This document shows, in pieces, positions 56,937 through 64,000 of a DNA stretch of 64,000 nt. Positions within the stretch are counted from its first letter, which is position 1. Each line of letters starts with the position of its first letter. The notes beneath the pieces are model-generated. The model saw only the letters and a list, made by a program, of their open reading frames with translations. It was not told where the DNA came from and ran no database searches. The DNA lies in the NCBI GenBank assembly GCA_951406725.2, contig OX597835.1:41540001-41604000 (forward strand), read 5' to 3'. The stretch comes from Octopus vulgaris (Eukaryota). Both the position numbers and the translations under genes were made by a program.

Positions 56937-57431
56937 TAAATATATGGCACAACGAAGTACCGATATTTACTGGAAAATAGCGAACGTAATAAATACGACG
57001 CTAATGTATAGCTTCACCGCGTATGTACTAGCAAAAATGCGTGTGTGCAACAAACTTGAAAAAAGTTGTCTTACCTCCAGGGAGAACATCTGAAAGATGA
57101 AATACCTAGAAAGGGATAATGTGGGACCGGTTTCAGATTTTTCAAGATATGTCTGCACACATATACTTGATTTATCTTCATCAGCCAACATATACCCGAC
57201 AACATTTCAGATGTTGCCACATCAATGCCAATACACTCGACTGAAACGCCAAAACGCTGACAGAATGAGAACAGTGAAGAAGTATCAATAAAAATAGTAA
57301 TGCAATACGAGAGTATTGCTTTCTAGTAAAGAATAGCCCGTGAGGGAAAGTTATACATAGAAGTAAATATATGGCACAACGAAGTACCGATATTTACTGG
57401 AAAATAGCGAACGTAATAAATACGACGCTAA
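56934..57431 (-). mobile_element. Retrozyme-like non-coding element: 427-bp unit plus 71-bp terminal direct repeat, containing a hammerhead
   Basis: 56934-57004 is identical to 57361-57431. Hammerhead inside. Flanked by (TA)n and (TG)n. Confidence 0.65.
57119..57191 (-). ncRNA. Type I hammerhead ribozyme motif
   Basis: ugg CUGAUGA agau[hairpin ucaag...cuuga]aucu GAAAC cg GUC^ cca. All core nucleotides present, stems I and II complementary, palindromic minimal stem III (ACCGGU). Confidence 0.85.
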
Positions 57432-57522
<91 letters not shown>

Positions 57523-57804
57523 CCAGTGGCAGTGTTTTGTAACTGGTATCCATGCTGGTGGCATGTAAAAAGCACCCACTACATTCTTGGAGTGGTTGGT
57601 GCTAGGAAGGGCATTGGTTGGACGGTTTGACTGAAAGCTCGTAAGCTGGGGAACTGCACCAGGGTCCAGTCTGATTTGGCATGGTTTCTATGGTTGGATG
57701 CCCTTCCTAGCACCAACCACTCCAAGAGTGTAGTGGGTGCTTTTTACATGCCACCAGCATGGATACCAGTTACAAAACACTGCCACTGGCCACACACACA
57801 CACA

Positions 57805-57857
<53 letters not shown>

Positions 57858-58359
57858 ATTCCAAGTTGAGTTGTATTTCAAGCTTTAATTAATTGTTCAA
57901 ACAAATAACATACATAAAACATTTATTCATCAAAATATATCCCTTATTTCTTTATTGCCCACAAGGGGCTAAACGTAGAGGGGACAAAAAAGGACAGACA
58001 AAGGGATTAAGTCGATTACATTGCATAACTGGTACTTAATTTATCAACCCCAAAAGGACGAAAGGCAAAGTCAACCTCGGCAGAATTTGAACTCAGAATG
58101 TAACAGTAGACGAAATACCCATTTCTTTACTACCCACAAGGGGCTAAACACAGAGAGGACAAACAAGGATAGACAAACAGATTAAGTTGATTATATCGAC
58201 CCCAGTGCGTAACTGGTACTTATTTAATTGACCCCAAAAGGATGAAAGGCAAAGTCGACCTCGGCGGAATTTGAACTCAGAACGTAACCGCAGACGAAAT
58301 TCGGCTACGCATTTTGCCCGGCATGCTAACGTTTCTGCCAGCTCGCCGCCTTAATCATC

Positions 58360-58790
58360 AGAATATTTCCCATCATATTCAATTGTTTGTTGTACCGAAA
58401 ACTTAATCCCACACTTATACAATTTGGCTGGTTTTGAAGTAAAAAACGTCCTGCACCCATTTTCAACCTCATCCACATTGTTGTGCTCAGTCTATGCAGG
58501 AGATGAACCATGGCTCAGAAAAGGTGGTAATCTGATGGCGCAAAGTCTAGATTGTAGGCAGATTGAGACAACACTTCCAGACCCTCAAGTTTGCACTTGG
58601 TCACATTGGCAGTGTGTGGTGGGCCATTGTGATGATGTAGGAGTGGGCATCTGTGATTGACCAATGCCAAGCAGCAGGCCTTCAAAGCATCATGTTGAGT
58701 ATAAAGGCAGGTGTTCACAGTAGGATCATATGAGACTAGCTCAAAATGCAACACTCCGCTTAAAAGTTGCCAAAAATCATCAGTGAAAAT
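58360..58790 (-). pseudogene. mariner transposase catalytic-domain fossil
   Basis: GVLHFEL...LLHHHNGPPHTANVTKCKL...AYNLDFAPSDYHLF (cf. YSPDLAPSDYHLF). Confidence 0.8.
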
Positions 58791-58800
58791 CTTGAAAATC

Positions 58801-61310
<2,510 letters not shown>

Positions 61311-62031
61311 ACACACATGTGCATGCATGTGCATAATTAGTTGCAAACAGTTCACAGATACAAATGCTATCACTTGAAAGCTCTACATTTGGACCTCAGC
61401 AGGCTTATGGTGTTATCAGAAGGTAAAGGCAGCGACCTGGCAGAAACGTTAGCACACCAGGTGAAATGCTTTGTGGTATTTCGTCTACCATTATGTTCTG
61501 AATTCAAATTCCGCCAAGGTCAACTTTGCCTTTCATCCATTCGAGGTCGATAAATTAAATACCTATTTCTTTACTACCCCCAAGGAGCTAAACACAGAGA
61601 GGACAAACAAGGACAGACAAATGGATTAAGTCAATTATATCGACCCCAGTGCGTAACTGGTACGATAAATTAAGTACCATTTACTCACTGGGATTAATAT
61701 AATCGACTTAATCCCTTTGTCTGTCCTTGTTTGTCCCCTCTGTTTAGCTCCTTGTGGACAATAAAGAAATAAGAAGGTAATGTCTACTATTTCAGGGCAC
61801 ATTATCTCCTGGCATTATTGCACACCAGCTCCCTCACTGACCCCGCTGAGAGACATGAGATCGCCCTCACTAAATCAACTTCCTACCAGGCTTAACCCAA
61901 TATTCTTCCAGTCATTGCACATCATTTCTTTTTAAATCAAATCCAGTAGAGTTCCTTCTCCACCGTAGTTTGGATATCACTCATGATACTATTTGCTTTA
62001 TATTCAGCTGGGCCATGCAACTACAGCTATG

Positions 62032-62505
62032 TGGAGGCGCAATGGCCCATTGGTTAGGGCAGCGGATTCGCAGTCATAAGAACGTGGTTTCAATTCCCGG
62101 TCTGGGCATTGTGAGTGTTTATTGAGCAAAAACACCTAAGCTCCATGAAGCTCCAGCGGGTGGTGGTGGTGAACCCCGCTGTACTCTTTCACCACAACTT
62201 TCTGTCACTCTTTCTTCCTACTTCTGTCACAAAGCAGAGGACCCATGGTGTGGTAAACTTTCAGACCCTAGTCTAGATTGCAAATCCTCTCTACCCCAGG
62301 ATGGTTCAGCTCTCCACCCGTTAAAAGCCATCATTTACGGAATGAGGATAACAACGTAGCTTTCGTGCCCGTGCAACCGCCAGTCTATCGCGGGTGGCGG
62401 GTGGATCTTCAAGTTCCCACACGCATTCTTAGTAGCTTACAGGAGGCTCGAATTAGAGATTTATTCTTTGTGACTAATGGTGTGAGTCCTGACTGGAAGA
62501 AGAAA
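62032..62505 (+). mobile_element. tRNA(Arg)-like SINE, family C (representative). Others: 1-285(-), 3170-3301(-), 27295-27600(+), 37516-38121(-), 42965-43115(-), 53755-54061(-)
   Basis: Consensus head ggaggcgcaatggcccagtggttagggcagcggactcgcggtcg...ggtttcgattccc (A/B boxes), shared body gtttattgagcgaaaacacctaaagctccacgaggctcc. Confidence 0.85.
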
Positions 62506-63742
62506 ACAGCCATCACCTCATAATGCTTCTAAGGAATCTTCTATATCCAACTTTGACTGGATAATTTTTTGCTTTCCTGATGTAATGAAAATGCACAGCC
62601 GCCCATCACTCATCAGCAAGTATGGCTTGGTAACATGTTTTATACTTTCACTAATAGTCTTAGGTGTCAAGGTAGTTGCAGGAAGAAATTGTTGCCTTTT
62701 TAGCCCCCTAACCCTTGATTTAAGGAACATGAAAAAATGTAACATCTGGAGGGAGAGAAGGTTGCACCAGAACTCACCTGGTACTCATTATATCAGTGTG
62801 AAATGAAGTGTCTTGCTCAAGAGCTCAACACACCATCCAGTTCAGGATTTGAACTGACAACCTTATGATCAAGAACCAAATGCCCTAACCACTAGGCACA
62901 TGCTTTCATGATAATGTAATTGGCCACAATGAATTTACTGTGATGAATTTATTAAATATCAAATATTGTCTTCAAATTTTGACACAAGGCCTGCAATTTT
63001 GGGAAGAGGCTAAGTCAATTACATCGACTCCAGTGTTCAGCTGGTACATATTTTATTGACCCTGAAAGGATGAAAGGCCCCACTGACCTCAGCTGGATTT
63101 GAACTCAGAACATGAGGATGGACAAAATGCTACTAAGCCTTTTGCCAGGCATGTAAGTGACTCTGCTTGCTTTCTGCCTTATCAGATATTAAATATTAAG
63201 CTTTGGTAAATTACAAGAGACTGTTGTTGTTGTTGTTGTAACATGTCAGATCACCTCTGATGAAGAAGCTGTGTTGTGAGCAGAGTGTCAGTTTACAAAG
63301 CAGATACGATCCACAGATCCATGGATCCAGACATGCAATGTTTTTATCCAACTGGAAACTGCACACTTCACAACAGCATCACAAACTATACTCAAATAAC
63401 TCACACCAAATCACTGACACACTTCACCCAGTTGCACTCAACACAACATGACCTGAGTGACACGCTGCCTTCACCACATTAACAAACACTCTCACGGTGC
63501 ACCCAACCTGGCCCACATTAAACAATTACTGTGCACTCAATGCTACTGCACCAAACACGGCACACATTAAGTCACTCTGCGTTTATTACATTACACACTG
63601 ACTGCACCTATTTAACTAGTATCAAACAAGCTTCACCTCCACAAAAACACAACAAATACAGAGACGGTCGCAACAGTGACAACAACAATAAATGATAAAA
63701 AGAAACCTTTGAATCTAAAACACGAACATCAAAATCGATTAC

Positions 63743-64000
63743 CTTCATTTCGGCTGTCTTGATTTGCCAAGAGGGCAGAATGTAGGGGGGTTGATGTGAC
63801 CAGGGGGCGACAGAAATTCATGTTGTTTGTAAAAGTTTGTGATCCGTTCCGAGATGACAATAATGGGACAGAACTGGCGCCTAAACGCATCTCGTCGATT
63901 GTATTAGCAGCATCGGCATATCGTGTGAGAAGGTCACTGTACTGATTCTGCAACTCTTCCACAAGTTCAGTGGCTTTTCTCCTCTTTTCAGATTCCTGAA
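63743..64000 (-). CDS. AKNA: AKNA-family gene, coding exon with the conserved coiled-coil motif (gene continues beyond the window)
   Basis: Reads ESEKRRKATELVEELQNQYSDLLTRYADAANTIDEMRLGA..., resembling the AKNA motif LQxxYxxLLTKYAEAENTIDQLRLGA (recalled). Donor GAAG|GTAATC at 63742, phase 1. Possible acceptor TTCAG| at 63996. Confidence 0.8.

Noticed and set aside
62032-62110. tRNA genes at SINE heads
   Set aside because: A/B boxes are present, but there is no proper acceptor stem and each continues into a SINE body.
62518-62745. Extra AKNA exon after a strong acceptor (cttctctccctccag)
   Set aside because: In the required phase 1 it stops after 7 codons, and the 75-aa ORF has no recognisable motif. 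A poison exon cannot be excluded without RNA data.

Overview
AT-rich, microsatellite-dense animal DNA; the SINE/LINE repertoire looks like an octopus (coleoid cephalopod) genome, recognised from memory rather than by search. Almost all ORFs in the supplied track are microsatellite or SINE translations. One host gene can be reconstructed by hand on the minus strand: the 3' part of an AKNA-family (centrosomal/microtubule-organising) gene. It has about 13 GT-AG exons running from the right window edge (63743-64000) to a stop codon at 12748, with consistent phases except for one unresolved junction at 42.8-51.3 kb. The introns and downstream flank are packed with four tRNA-derived SINE families, a 5'-truncated RTE LINE with an intact RT ORF carrying a PHD-like finger, a Dong/R4-like fragment, CR1-like ends, Tc1/mariner fossils, MITEs and a non-autonomous Helitron. 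The least expected signal is a set of type I hammerhead ribozyme motifs in short elements that mostly sit beside (TA)n microsatellites. Three have fully canonical cores (57119-57191 minus, 55077-55169 minus, 48299-48406 plus) and about ten are degenerate. The one at 57.1 kb lies inside a 427-bp unit with a perfect 71-bp terminal direct repeat, the layout expected of a retrozyme-like element copied from a circular RNA. Many long fold-back inverted repeats are also present.
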